A stretch of DNA of 64,000 nt from Candidatus Omnitrophota bacterium (GTDB lineage: Bacteria; Omnitrophota; Gorgyraeia; Zapsychrales; Fredricksoniimonadaceae). Positions 19,619 through 29,494 of this stretch are shown here, piece after piece. The number at the start of each line of letters is the position of its first letter. Within the stretch, counting starts at the first letter, position 1. The DNA lies in assembly GCA_044225175.1 (NCBI GenBank), contig JBGAJA010000001.1, forward strand, positions 206,114 to 270,113, given 5' to 3'. The notes under the pieces were generated by a model. It did not search any database. It saw only the letters and a list, made by a program, of their open reading frames with translations, and was not told where the DNA came from. The position numbers and the translations under genes are program-made.

Positions 19619-21157
19619 TTGGGTTTGATGAATCAAACCCCTACAATTATGGACATTTACTCAATTCTACAACAATCGGCCAATCGTTTTGCCGGCAAAC
19701 CTGCGGTAATATTTAAGGATCAGACCCTATCCTTTGCTGACCTTAAATCCAAGGTTTTTCAGCTGTCCCATGGGTTGGCTGGTTTAAATGTTCAAAAATC
19801 CACCAAAATAGGCTTATTTTTACCCAATTCCCCAGAATACATTTATAGTTATTTAGCTTCCTTTTGTTTAGGGGCAACGGTTATTCCATTAGATTTTATG
19901 CTTAAAGCTGATGAGCTTATTTCTTGCCTGTCTCATTCTGAAACTGAAATTCTGATTGCCTGTAAGAACCCTTCCGTAGATTTTGCTCAACTCAAAGAAA
20001 ATATTCCCACACTACAGAAGATCATTGTTTTAGGAGAAACAGAAGCGGTCAATTGGCAAGTGCCGTTTTATGCTTTAATGACAAGTGAGGGCTTCACTAA
20101 AGCACAGGTTAGCCCAACAGACCCTTGTATGATTATGTATACTTCTGGTACGACGGGAAAACCTAAAGGCATTCTTCTCAACTACAGGCATCTCGATGGA
20201 TCTCCGGAAGCCATGCATCACTTTGTAGATTTAAGTGAACGAGATACGAAGCTTTGTGCCATTCCTTTTAGCCATATTGGTGGCTTTGTCTATATTCAAA
20301 ATTGCATTTTATTTGGGATCACTTTGGTTGTGATGGACAGGTTTCATCCGCTAGAGTTCCTCAAGAATGTTGTGCAATACAAAGTCACTTGCTTTCATAT
20401 TGTTCCCCCCATGTACACCGCTTTACTGACCCTTAAAAATATTGATCAATTTGATTTAACTTCTCTTAGATGGGTGGTTGTCTTTGGTGCGCCAAGTTCT
20501 CCAGATATCTTGGAGCGTTTTCATAAATATTGTCCTAATGCTAAGCTGCTCAATGGCTGGGGTATGACAGAAACATGTCCGCCAAACACAGTCACACCTT
20601 TGGATAATCCAAAGATTGAAAGTGTTGGAAAACCTGCTCCAAATTGTGAGATTAAAATTGTTGATGACAGCGACGGAGAACTTGCTCAAGGAGGGGTTGG
20701 AGAAATCGTCATTCGCGGCTGGGTTGTGATGCAGGAATATTACAAAGATCCAGAGGCTACAGCTTTAGCTAAACGAAACGGATTTTTTCATACGGGAGAT
20801 TTGGGACGATTTGATGAGGATGGACTGCTTTATATTGTAGGACGTAAGAAAGAAATGATTAAGGTGGCTGGACAAATTGTTTTTGCTCCTGAAGTTGAAG
20901 CAGCCCTTTGTAAACATGAAGCAGTTCTTGAAGTGGCAGTCATTGGGGTGCCAGACAAGATGCGAGGTGAAGCGGTTAAAGCATTTGTAGTGCTTAAGGA
21001 AGGATTTTCTTTAGATCCATTAGAAATCAAATATTTTGCTAAAGAACATTTAGCTAATTTTAAGGTTCCCCACACTATAGAAATTCGTTCCAGTTTACCA
21101 AAGAATAGAACAGGCAAGATTGATAAAGAATCGTTAAAACAAGAAGTCACAGTTTAG
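19619..21157 (+). CDS. AMP-dependent synthetase/ligase (acyl-CoA ligase family)
   Basis: AMP-binding motif YTSGTTGKPKG and C-terminal ...GKIDK. The start may instead be the ATG at 19631. Confidence 0.8.
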   Translation: MGLMNQTPTIMDIYSILQQSANRFAGKPAVIFKDQTLSFADLKSKVFQLSHGLAGLNVQKSTKIGLFLPNSPEYIYSYLASFCLGATVIPLDFMLKADELISCLSHSETEILIACKNPSVDFAQLKENIPTLQKIIVLGETEAVNWQVPFYALMTSEGFTKAQVSPTDPCMIMYTSGTTGKPKGILLNYRHLDGSPEAMHHFVDLSERDTKLCAIPFSHIGGFVYIQNCILFGITLVVMDRFHPLEFLKNVVQYKVTCFHIVPPMYTALLTLKNIDQFDLTSLRWVVVFGAPSSPDILERFHKYCPNAKLLNGWGMTETCPPNTVTPLDNPKIESVGKPAPNCEIKIVDDSDGELAQGGVGEIVIRGWVVMQEYYKDPEATALAKRNGFFHTGDLGRFDEDGLLYIVGRKKEMIKVAGQIVFAPEVEAALCKHEAVLEVAVIGVPDKMRGEAVKAFVVLKEGFSLDPLEIKYFAKEHLANFKVPHTIEIRSSLPKNRTGKIDKESLKQEVTV

Positions 21158-21169
21158 AAAGGGTTTGAT

Positions 21170-21949
21170 ATGTCAACTACAACAGTCGATCGCATGACAA
21201 GAGATGTTCATTTAAGCGGAAAAGATTTAATGGCTATGGTGCAATTAAGACCGCAAGATGTTGGAACTTATGCGATTGTTCCTGGGCCAAAAGAAAGGCT
21301 AGATAGCGTCGTAAAGAAGATGGAAAATCCTGTGAAGAATTTCACCTTCATGGAATACAGCATGTATACCGGCTTGATTAATGGAACAAAGATTACTGCA
21401 ATTAATGGTGGGCGTTTTGGTGCTGATACCGCGATCACAACAGAAATTTTGTGTAGTGCTCAAACCAAAGCTTTAATCCGTATTGGTAGCTGTGGTGCTC
21501 TTCGTAAAGATATTAAAATTGGCGATTTCATTGTTGCAACCGGATGCGTTCGTGGAGACGGTGTTTCTCCTTATTATGTTGAAAAAGATTTTGTCACTTT
21601 ACCTGATCCAGGGTTAACTGCAAAGTTAACAGCTATTGCTAAAGCTTCAGCTGCAACAGCTGGGATGAGTGTTCATGAAGGAAAAGTTTGGTCAACGGAT
21701 GCAATTCTCAAAGAAACCAAAGAAATTGTAAACGGTGTCATTGATCAAGGTGCAATTGGTGTAGACATGGTCAGCTCTACATTTTTAACAATCGCTCAAA
21801 CATATAAGATTCCTGCCGTATCCATCTTGGCAGTTTCAGATAATTTAATCACAGGTCAAATGGGCTTTATTAATCCTGACTATTACATGGCTGAGGGAAT
21901 GCTTATCCAAATGGCATTAGAATTAGTCAAGCAAATGGAAGGTAAATAA
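21170..21949 (+). CDS. Purine/MTA nucleoside phosphorylase, DeoD type (PNP_UDP_1 family)
   Basis: IVPGPKERL, IRIGSCGALRKDIKIGDFIVATG and GVDMVSS...ILAVSD are collinear with DeoD. Sits upstream of mtnA and mtnB. Confidence 0.7.
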   Translation: MSTTTVDRMTRDVHLSGKDLMAMVQLRPQDVGTYAIVPGPKERLDSVVKKMENPVKNFTFMEYSMYTGLINGTKITAINGGRFGADTAITTEILCSAQTKALIRIGSCGALRKDIKIGDFIVATGCVRGDGVSPYYVEKDFVTLPDPGLTAKLTAIAKASAATAGMSVHEGKVWSTDAILKETKEIVNGVIDQGAIGVDMVSSTFLTIAQTYKIPAVSILAVSDNLITGQMGFINPDYYMAEGMLIQMALELVKQMEGK

Positions 21950-22917
21950 TGTTTGAATCTCCGTTGTTCTGGCCAGCACACTGGCAAGATAAAACTTTAA
22001 TGGTTTTGGATGAAACTTTAATTCCAGGAAAATTGAAATACATTCCGGTCAAGAATCTTAAGGATGCGGTGGAAGTTATTAAGACTATGAAGACTAGAGC
22101 TTTTGGTCAATTCTTAGTCGTCTTAAATGCCTTTTCTTTAGAAATCCATCGAGCGGGTACTAAGTCGAAATTTGATCTAAAGCATGTTCAAGAAATTGCA
22201 GATGCTTTAAACAATTCGCGGCCCACATTTCCATTTTCGGAAGTAACTGCAATTATTGTGGGGTCAGCACAAAAAGCTTCCACACATGGTGCGGATGTGA
22301 AGACAGCTGTTCAAAAGACGATTGAAGGATTTTTACAAGGCATTCGTCATCGCCGTATGGAGCGTGTTCGACAATTGGCAGCAAGTATTCAAGATGGTGA
22401 TCACATTTTGACGCATTGCAATGTCTCGGGCGAACTTGCTATGGCATGTGCTATAGCTAAAGCAGAAGGCAAAAAAGTTCATGTTTTTGCGACGGAGACT
22501 CGTCCTTATTTGCAAGGAGCAAAGTTAACTGTATGGGAATTACAAGAAGCTAAAATAGGAGTCACGCTAGTTGCTGATAATGTGGTTGGGTCTTTGATGT
22601 CGGAGGGAATGGTCAATAAGGTTGTAATTGGTTCTGATCGTTCTGCTGCAAATGGAGATATTGCAAACAAAATTGGATCATACCAAATTGCATTATTAGC
22701 TAAAGAGTTTGGTATTCCACTCATTGCATTAACTCAACCATCTAACAAAGTTCCAAATGGAAAAAGCATTCCTATTGAACAACGTTCAGGTCATGAAGTT
22801 GTGAACTTTGAACGTAAACGTTTGTTTCCTGCAGGGGCAGAAGGATATTATCCTGGATTTGACATCGTCCCTCATGAATTAATCAAGAAAGCGATCTCGA
22901 TCAATGCTGGAATTTAA
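21949..22917 (+). CDS. mtnA: S-methyl-5-thioribose-1-phosphate isomerase (eIF-2B α/β/δ-like)
   Basis: THCNVSGELA...ATETRPYLQGAKLTVWEL...IGSDRSAANGDIANKIGSYQIAL matches the MtnA consensus. Confidence 0.75.
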   Translation: MFESPLFWPAHWQDKTLMVLDETLIPGKLKYIPVKNLKDAVEVIKTMKTRAFGQFLVVLNAFSLEIHRAGTKSKFDLKHVQEIADALNNSRPTFPFSEVTAIIVGSAQKASTHGADVKTAVQKTIEGFLQGIRHRRMERVRQLAASIQDGDHILTHCNVSGELAMACAIAKAEGKKVHVFATETRPYLQGAKLTVWELQEAKIGVTLVADNVVGSLMSEGMVNKVVIGSDRSAANGDIANKIGSYQIALLAKEFGIPLIALTQPSNKVPNGKSIPIEQRSGHEVVNFERKRLFPAGAEGYYPGFDIVPHELIKKAISINAGI

Positions 22918-23377
22918 AGATAACTCAATTGTGCTTCTTCATGGTGTTTTTACCGAAGGAGCATTAGCCAAAATTAAACATAAAGGTGGAGCTCGTTTAG
23001 TCATATCAGAAGGGCGACCAACTCTTCGTGCGGGCGAGCACAATAGCCGATATTTCTTATCAAAGAAGCTTAAGCCTATTATTATCTGCGACAATATGGC
23101 AGGATCTTTATTTTTTAACGGCTATGTTAAAGAAGTAGTTTTAGCCTGCCAGTATGCTGACAAAACGGGGGCATTATGTGATATGGGTGCACTTATTTTA
23201 GCTGTACTTGCTAAGAAACATAAGGTTGCAATCCGTCTACTTGAAGGTGAACATAAGAAGCATTTCTTAGGTAATCCAAAAGATTTGTTATCGCTCAAAG
23301 GTTCTCCTACGGCATCAGCTAACACGCATGCTTATGCACCGTTAGTGGAATGGGTTCCGATTAAGTATTTTAAATAG
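22904..23377 (+). CDS. N-terminally truncated eIF-2B/MtnA-like paralog
   Basis: 157 aa that align to residues ~150–270 of the adjacent MtnA (VISEGRP..., IICDNMAGSLF...). The N-terminal domain and the C-terminus are missing. Overlaps mtnA by 14 nt in a different frame. Confidence 0.45.
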   Translation: MLEFKDNSIVLLHGVFTEGALAKIKHKGGARLVISEGRPTLRAGEHNSRYFLSKKLKPIIICDNMAGSLFFNGYVKEVVLACQYADKTGALCDMGALILAVLAKKHKVAIRLLEGEHKKHFLGNPKDLLSLKGSPTASANTHAYAPLVEWVPIKYFK

Positions 23378-24405
23378 TGGGGATTATGAAAGAACAACTC
23401 AAACAAGAAATCATTCGTATCGGTAAATTGCTCTGGGATAAGGGGCTGGTTTTTGGGTTTAATGGAAACATTTCTCAGCGCATCGATGTAAATACTGTAC
23501 TCATTACAGCGACAGGGACTTGCTTAGGATATTTGACTGAAAAAGATATCATCACAATGGATCTTGATGGAAAGGTTATTGGCGAAGGGAAAGCATCCAG
23601 TGAAAGATTGATGCATACAGCGATTTACAAATCCTTGCCTAATATCCAATGCGCGCTTCACACGCATACGACATATACCAATGGTTTTTTCTTAAGCAAT
23701 GATCGCTTCACACCTAAAACATTTGAAGCCCAGTTTTATTTAGGAGAAGTTAAGGCAATTGCTCAGTCAACACCTTCTGTGACAGAGCCTGCTCCTGTTG
23801 TGGAGGCGTTGAAAGCAAACAACATCGTTGTTCTTAAGAACCATGGTGTAGTTAGCGTCGGGGACAATCTTTTTAATGCTTTTGTTTTGATTCAGGAATT
23901 AGAAGAGCAAGTTAAGATGGATTTGGTTGATGTTCATTATAGAGGAGAATCATCAAAACCTCTACAAAGCAGCGTGCACTGCGGAATGGCTGAGGACTTA
24001 ATCAATAAGGGAGCTTCAGCGTCTACGAAGAAATACAAATTATTCTCTAATGAACAGATCGCCGAGATCGTCAAATTAGTCAACTCTGATCCTCAAATGC
24101 AAGAACTTGGAACCAAGACAGCCATGAATATGGACTTAGCCGTATGTCTTCAGGAAACAGGAGACACGCATAGTTTTAAATTTCAAAATGGCAAGATCAT
24201 CGAGACAGCTCATGATGCCAATGCCGAATTTTTAATTACAGCCAATGAATCAATTTGGCGTGCCGTGTTTAATCGTGAGATCGATCCATTTGTCGCAACG
24301 ACTCAAAAGAAAATGAGTCTACGAGGAGATTTTGCCCGTATCTCTAAATGGTATGCGCCATGCAGCCGCATCTTTCAATTATGGACTAACGTCCCGGTGG
24401 AATAG
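23377..24405 (+). CDS. mtnB: Methylthioribulose-1-phosphate dehydratase-like class II aldolase fused to a C-terminal SCP2-like domain
   Basis: N-terminal class II aldolase/adducin motifs (FGFNGNISQRI, HTHTTYTNGF). The C-terminal ~110 aa resemble a sterol-carrier-protein-2 fold. Confidence 0.6.
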   Translation: MGIMKEQLKQEIIRIGKLLWDKGLVFGFNGNISQRIDVNTVLITATGTCLGYLTEKDIITMDLDGKVIGEGKASSERLMHTAIYKSLPNIQCALHTHTTYTNGFFLSNDRFTPKTFEAQFYLGEVKAIAQSTPSVTEPAPVVEALKANNIVVLKNHGVVSVGDNLFNAFVLIQELEEQVKMDLVDVHYRGESSKPLQSSVHCGMAEDLINKGASASTKKYKLFSNEQIAEIVKLVNSDPQMQELGTKTAMNMDLAVCLQETGDTHSFKFQNGKIIETAHDANAEFLITANESIWRAVFNREIDPFVATTQKKMSLRGDFARISKWYAPCSRIFQLWTNVPVE

Positions 24406-24581
24406 AGTATGTTTAATAAATTTATTATCATGGTGATCAAATGGAGTTTAAGAAGCAGATAAGAGGATTAGAAGATATCTTTTATATTTCCGATAAAGGC
24501 GGGCCGACAAGAGAGTTTTTAATTTGGGATTCAAAGTCGAACAAGGCTTTTTATTTTGAACAATAATAATTTTAAAGAAAA

Positions 24582-26075
24582 ATGAGCACAACAACTGTAC
24601 AACAATTTGAATTATTACTCGAAGGCAAAATCAGTGCGCCTATGTCGGGGAAGTATTTTGACTGTGTGAATCCCTCCAATGGAGAGGTGTTTGCGCGTTT
24701 GGCTGATGCAGGAGAGTTGGATGCTGAAATTGCTATTCAAGCGGCTCGTTTGGCTTTTGACCACGGAAATTGGCCCAAGTTGTCTTTGCAAGAACGTGGG
24801 GCTTTTTTAGTCAAGATAGGACAAGCGATTCGTGAGCATGCCAAAGAATTGGCTGATTTGGAATGTGCCTCTACGGGAAAAACGATTAAACATGCAACAT
24901 TCATTGATGTGCCTACTGCAGCGGAAACATTTGAATATTTTGGTTCTTTGAAAGATGCCCATTTAGGCAAGGAAACACTTAAGCTGAGTGCTCCTTTAGA
25001 CTCTGTGATTGAACGGGAGCCCATGGGTGTGGTGTCTTTGATTATTCCTTGGAACTATCCTTTGATTATGGCAGCCTGGAAAATGGCTCCCGCGCTTTTG
25101 GCTGGAAACACAATCATTCTTAAACCTTCTTCCACAGCCTGTGTGGCAATCATGGCGCTTGCCAAGTTGATTGCTCAGGTGGGATTACCAAAGGGAGTCA
25201 TCAACATTATTTCTTCCACATCTGCTTCTGTGAAGGACATGATATCAAGTGCCCCGTCGGTGGATATGGTTTCTTTTACAGGCGGGACAGACACGGGAAG
25301 TAAGATTATGGCCCAAGCAGCCAAGAGCGTTAAGAAACTGGGGCTTGAATTAGGCGGCAAGTCAGCCAATATTGTCTTTGCAGACTGTGATATGGATGTC
25401 GCAATTGGGGGAGCTTTATCAGGTATCTTTATGAATCAAGGACAGATGTGTACGGCTGGTTCCAGGCTTCTAGTTGAAGATAAGATTTACAAAGCTTTTG
25501 TAGAGAAGTTGGTTGAACGTGCAAAGTCCTTGAAGATTGGTCCAGCGGATCAATTCGAGACTGAATTTGGTCCTTTGGTGAGTGTGGCGCATAGAGATGG
25601 CGTGTTAAAGATGATAGAGGCTGCCATTAAAGCAGGAAATAAGCTAGCCTGTGGGGGTCAAATACCGACGGGGAACATGGTAGGAGCTTATCTGGAGCCG
25701 ACGATATTTGTTGACGTCAAAAACAATGCTGCTATTGCCCAGGAAGAGGTTTTTGGCCCGGTACTATGTGTTATGCCTTTTACTAGTTCGGATGAAGCTA
25801 TTCATCTAGCTAACGATTCTAAGTATGGCTTAGCCGCCATGATTTGGACTAAAGATTTGGACAAAGCCAATGCTGTTGCCCGTAAGCTTCGTTGTGGAAC
25901 AGTGTGGATTAATACTTATGGGGCTTTCCCTAATGAAGCTCCTTTTGGTGGATGCAAACAAAGCGGTTTCGGTCGCGATTTAGGTAAGGATGGATTGCTC
26001 GAGTTTACACAAGTGAAACATATTGCCATTGATCAGACGCCTGGAGGGAAGTCTCTTGTGACTTCATGGTTTTGA
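24582..26075 (+). CDS. NAD(P)-dependent aldehyde dehydrogenase
   Basis: ELGGKSANIVF (catalytic Glu) and GQMCTAGSRLLV (catalytic Cys). 497 aa. Confidence 0.85.
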   Translation: MSTTTVQQFELLLEGKISAPMSGKYFDCVNPSNGEVFARLADAGELDAEIAIQAARLAFDHGNWPKLSLQERGAFLVKIGQAIREHAKELADLECASTGKTIKHATFIDVPTAAETFEYFGSLKDAHLGKETLKLSAPLDSVIEREPMGVVSLIIPWNYPLIMAAWKMAPALLAGNTIILKPSSTACVAIMALAKLIAQVGLPKGVINIISSTSASVKDMISSAPSVDMVSFTGGTDTGSKIMAQAAKSVKKLGLELGGKSANIVFADCDMDVAIGGALSGIFMNQGQMCTAGSRLLVEDKIYKAFVEKLVERAKSLKIGPADQFETEFGPLVSVAHRDGVLKMIEAAIKAGNKLACGGQIPTGNMVGAYLEPTIFVDVKNNAAIAQEEVFGPVLCVMPFTSSDEAIHLANDSKYGLAAMIWTKDLDKANAVARKLRCGTVWINTYGAFPNEAPFGGCKQSGFGRDLGKDGLLEFTQVKHIAIDQTPGGKSLVTSWF

Positions 26076-26146
26076 CTAAGCAAGTTTGAAGCAGTAACGA
26101 TTTACATAGTAACGACATTTATTAAATGGATCAAAAGGAGAACAGT

Positions 26147-27625
26147 ATGATTAAAAAAGTATTATTTCTAACCCCACCATTGAAAGCTTGGGATTCTCAT
26201 GGATTCCATAGAGCAGCAAATCAAATGCATGCTCAAGTTGCTGCCTATGTACGTCAGCAAAATAAGGTTGAAGTTGAAGCTCTTGATTGCCGTGCGCTTG
26301 ATATGGACTGGGATGCGATGATTGCCAAGATTGGTGAGAGCAAACCTGATATCGTCTTTGTAGGCGATCAACTGTTTTCAACCCTTGGAGCTGCTGTTAT
26401 CTGGTATTTCAACGAAGCATTGCGTTTGATTAAGGCTAAATATCCGCAAATTACAACTGTTGCTAGCGGTCTTTGGTATTCTGCTGATTATGATCGTCAA
26501 ATGAGATTGAATCCTGCAATCGATTACATCTTAATCGGTGAAGGTGAACTTACATTAGAAGAGTTGATTAACAATCTCAATAACAAAACAAAAGATATGC
26601 GTGAGATTCCAGGACTTGTACACCGTCCTGATGCCAATACAATTGTCGTCGGTCCTCATCGTGGATTAATTCCAGATTTGAATAAGCTTCCAATGCCAGC
26701 CTATGAATTATTCCCAATGGATAAATATGTAGGACATACCTATTGGAAACCTTTCGCAGAATTGATGACATCTCGTGGTTGTCCAGGCAAATGCCATTTT
26801 TGTTATGAATGGGCTTTGTATGATAGTCGTTCTGCAACTCAAGACTTCACATCCTGGAGAGGTTTATCAGGAAAACGTATTGTTGATGAATTAGATATCT
26901 TGGAACAAAAATATGGCGTCGTGACTGTTGTTATGCAAGACGATGCATTTAATAGTGATACTAAGGCGATGATCGAATTCTGTGAAGAAAAAATCAAGCG
27001 CGGAAACAAAATCGGCTGGGTGTGTCTAGGTCGTGCGGATCAATGGATTTCTCAACAAGAGATTCTTCCTTTGATGAGAAAAGCAGGTTTATTTATGGCC
27101 TTAACTGGTGTTGAAGTGGAAGATGATAAAACTTTATCAAAGACAGGTAAGGGTGTGACTGTTGATCAAATTAAGAAAACTATTCAATTATTGCGTGCTC
27201 AAAATATTGGAACAGTAGGTACGGTTCTAATTGGTTTGAAAGATGATACCGAAGAAAAGATCAAGAAGCGTTTACAAACCGCTGATGAAATTGATCCAGA
27301 CGTATTTGCTTTGGATTATTTGACCCCAGTTCCTAACTCACCAGATTGGCGTTATGGAATTCAAAAGAAATGGTTTGATCCTGAAACAATCAATTTGAAA
27401 GACTGGGATTTTCAACATCCAGTTATTCCAACGGATCATTTATCTGTTGAAGATGTGGGTCGTTTAGGGGCATGGTGTATGCGTGAGTATTATTCCAAGC
27501 CAGAGAGAATTCATCGCATCATGGAAAGCGATTATGATATTCGCGTCAAATTGTGCGTAAAAGATTTCATGAATAATATTTCCAAATGGGAAGCTAATTC
27601 AAGAGTAGAAGCTTCAGCTAGTTAA
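26147..27625 (+). CDS. B12-binding domain radical SAM protein
   Basis: N-terminal cobalamin-binding Rossmann region. Radical-SAM cluster motif CPGKCHFC (Cx3Cx2C). The start is set at the ATG with RBS aaaggag; the ORF tracker's ORF starts at 26126. Confidence 0.75.
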   Translation: MIKKVLFLTPPLKAWDSHGFHRAANQMHAQVAAYVRQQNKVEVEALDCRALDMDWDAMIAKIGESKPDIVFVGDQLFSTLGAAVIWYFNEALRLIKAKYPQITTVASGLWYSADYDRQMRLNPAIDYILIGEGELTLEELINNLNNKTKDMREIPGLVHRPDANTIVVGPHRGLIPDLNKLPMPAYELFPMDKYVGHTYWKPFAELMTSRGCPGKCHFCYEWALYDSRSATQDFTSWRGLSGKRIVDELDILEQKYGVVTVVMQDDAFNSDTKAMIEFCEEKIKRGNKIGWVCLGRADQWISQQEILPLMRKAGLFMALTGVEVEDDKTLSKTGKGVTVDQIKKTIQLLRAQNIGTVGTVLIGLKDDTEEKIKKRLQTADEIDPDVFALDYLTPVPNSPDWRYGIQKKWFDPETINLKDWDFQHPVIPTDHLSVEDVGRLGAWCMREYYSKPERIHRIMESDYDIRVKLCVKDFMNNISKWEANSRVEASAS

Positions 27626-27641
27626 TCAAGGAAGGTAGAAC

Positions 27642-27905
27642 ATGGTTAGTGTACAAACAACAATGGCGTGGGAACCAACAGCATTAGCAAAATTTAATAA
27701 AATGCTGAATTTGATTCCTATTTTCCATAGAGGTATTGCAAAGGAAGTCGTCAACATCAAAGCTGAGCAAAATGCTAGAGAGAGAAAGAGTTCTCAGGTT
27801 GAGGAGAAGGATATTGTGGAAGCTTTCACCTCAGAAGTTCCAAAGGCATTTTATAGCTTGATGATTCGAATTATGGATGAAGTGGGATTGGATTATAAAA
27901 AATGA
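27642..27905 (+). CDS. PCP_red-like small protein (resembles the protochlorophyllide reductase BchB C-terminal domain)
   Basis: WEPTALAKFNKMLNLIPIFHRGIAKEVV resembles the PCP_red domain start (W.E.A...L.KIP.F.R). Confidence 0.4.
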   Translation: MVSVQTTMAWEPTALAKFNKMLNLIPIFHRGIAKEVVNIKAEQNARERKSSQVEEKDIVEAFTSEVPKAFYSLMIRIMDEVGLDYKK

Positions 27906-28924
27906 AAATCGTTGTTATTGGAGCTGGTGCAATTGGTGGTTGTGTCGCCGCTTATTTAAAAAAAGCGGGCGAAGACGTTCTTTTGATTGGTCATGAGGAT
28001 CAGGTGGAGGTGATTAATCGAAAGGGGCTTACAATCACAGGTGTTCGTGGCACAGAAACGATTCGTATTCCTGCAGCTTTGAAAATGATGGAATATGCAG
28101 ACTTGGTTATTTTTGCGGTTAAGACCCAAGATATGGAAGAAGCTTATGCGGCTAATGCCGATTTTCTTGATAATGGCTTAGTGTTAACAAGTCAAAATGG
28201 TGTTCAAGCGGATAATCTTTTGAGCTCTCATTTTGATCAAACGCGTCAATTATCAAGCATCGTCATGTTTGGTGCAACATACATTAAGCCAGGTGAGATA
28301 GTCTTTAATTTTGAAGGAGACTGGATAGTTGGAAAACCTTTTTCACCAGTTGATCCAACAACTCATAAGGTCATTGAAGTTTTAAACAGAGCTTTTAAAG
28401 TTATACTCAGTACTGATATTACAGGGATGAAGTATTTAAAACTCTTTGTGAATTTCAATAATTGTATCCCAGCTTTAGTTGGCAAAAGCATGCAAGAAAC
28501 CTTTGCTGATATGGATTTGTGTCGATTGAGCATTTTGCTTCTTCAAGAAGGATTAAGTATTATTAAAGATGCAAAGATAGAGCTTACCTCTATGCCTAAC
28601 TTTGAAAAAGAAAAACTCTTTGGTTTAGCGGCATTACCAATCGAGCAATCAGCTGCCATTATGAATAAAACATTAACTACATTAAGCAAGGAACCGCTCT
28701 ACGGTTCGATCTTGCAAAGTATTATGCGTGGAAAAACGAGCGAGATCGATTTTATTAATGGGGAAGTGGTTCAATTAGCTAAACATTTGCATTTGAAAGC
28801 ACCATTGAATGAAAAGATTGTGGATATGGTGCATGAGGTTGAGCGAACAGGGAAATATTTTACGATTGATCAGGTTAAAAATGCATTTAACGTAGGGGCG
28901 GGTTCTAAACCCGCCCTAACATAG
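27902..28924 (+). CDS. Ketopantoate reductase (ApbA/PanE)-family oxidoreductase
   Basis: N-terminal MKIVVIGAGAIGG Rossmann motif. 340 aa with the ApbA C-terminal helical domain. Confidence 0.7.
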   Translation: MKIVVIGAGAIGGCVAAYLKKAGEDVLLIGHEDQVEVINRKGLTITGVRGTETIRIPAALKMMEYADLVIFAVKTQDMEEAYAANADFLDNGLVLTSQNGVQADNLLSSHFDQTRQLSSIVMFGATYIKPGEIVFNFEGDWIVGKPFSPVDPTTHKVIEVLNRAFKVILSTDITGMKYLKLFVNFNNCIPALVGKSMQETFADMDLCRLSILLLQEGLSIIKDAKIELTSMPNFEKEKLFGLAALPIEQSAAIMNKTLTTLSKEPLYGSILQSIMRGKTSEIDFINGEVVQLAKHLHLKAPLNEKIVDMVHEVERTGKYFTIDQVKNAFNVGAGSKPALT

Positions 28925-28950
28925 GGGCAGGTTTAGAACCTGCCCCTACG
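28892..28950. repeat. Two tandem, near-identical palindromic units straddling the stop codon (REP-like)
   Basis: Unit 1 is taggggcgggttctaaacccgccctaac (inside the CDS end). Unit 2 is taggggcaggtttagaacctgcccctac (12-bp perfect stem), immediately 3' of the stop. No T-tract. Confidence 0.55.
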
Positions 28951-28966
28951 ATATGGGGGAAATAAA

Positions 28967-29431
28967 ATGGCCAAAACCGCTGAACAATTAGGATTTAAAC
29001 GTACCTCTTGGATTCCTGATTATTGGAATGACACACAAATTGAAATTTTTAAAGGCATTGATGAGCATTGGGATCTTTTAATCAACAAGAAGGTTGATGA
29101 GTTTATCAAGTACATTCATCCTTCGATGATTGGATATGGTCATGAAAGTCCTGTCCCGGTTGATTATGGCTGGTTAAATAAATGGGTTGGGTTTTGGACG
29201 AAGAGTACCAATATTGCAATCGCTGAGCTTCGTCCAACACAGATTGTTTTGCACGGAGATATTGCGATCGTTCAATATCTAATTTTCACGGTAGAGGTTA
29301 ATGCCGAGGGTGGCAAACGTGTCATCCGTCGCTATACCATGACATGGAAGAAAACCAATCAACCAGGATATCCTGCTTGGCAAGTCATTGGAAGTCATAA
29401 TAATTTGATGGACGAGACCCTAAAAGGTTAA
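28967..29431 (+). CDS. NTF2-like (SnoaL/DUF4440-like) protein
   Basis: ~150 aa α+β pattern with conserved W/Y/H residues typical of the NTF2 superfamily. Fold assignment is tentative. Confidence 0.4.
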   Translation: MAKTAEQLGFKRTSWIPDYWNDTQIEIFKGIDEHWDLLINKKVDEFIKYIHPSMIGYGHESPVPVDYGWLNKWVGFWTKSTNIAIAELRPTQIVLHGDIAIVQYLIFTVEVNAEGGKRVIRRYTMTWKKTNQPGYPAWQVIGSHNNLMDETLKG

Positions 29432-29494
29432 AAAGGGTCGAAGCCCGCCGAAGCCAAACGTGAAAACATTTTGGCGAAGGTGGGGGAAAAATAT

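Noticed and set aside
22904-23377. Reading 22904..23377 as a frameshifted continuation of mtnA
   Set aside because: MtnA already ends with its canonical C-terminus. The short ORF aligns to the middle of MtnA, so it is a paralog, not a 3' extension.
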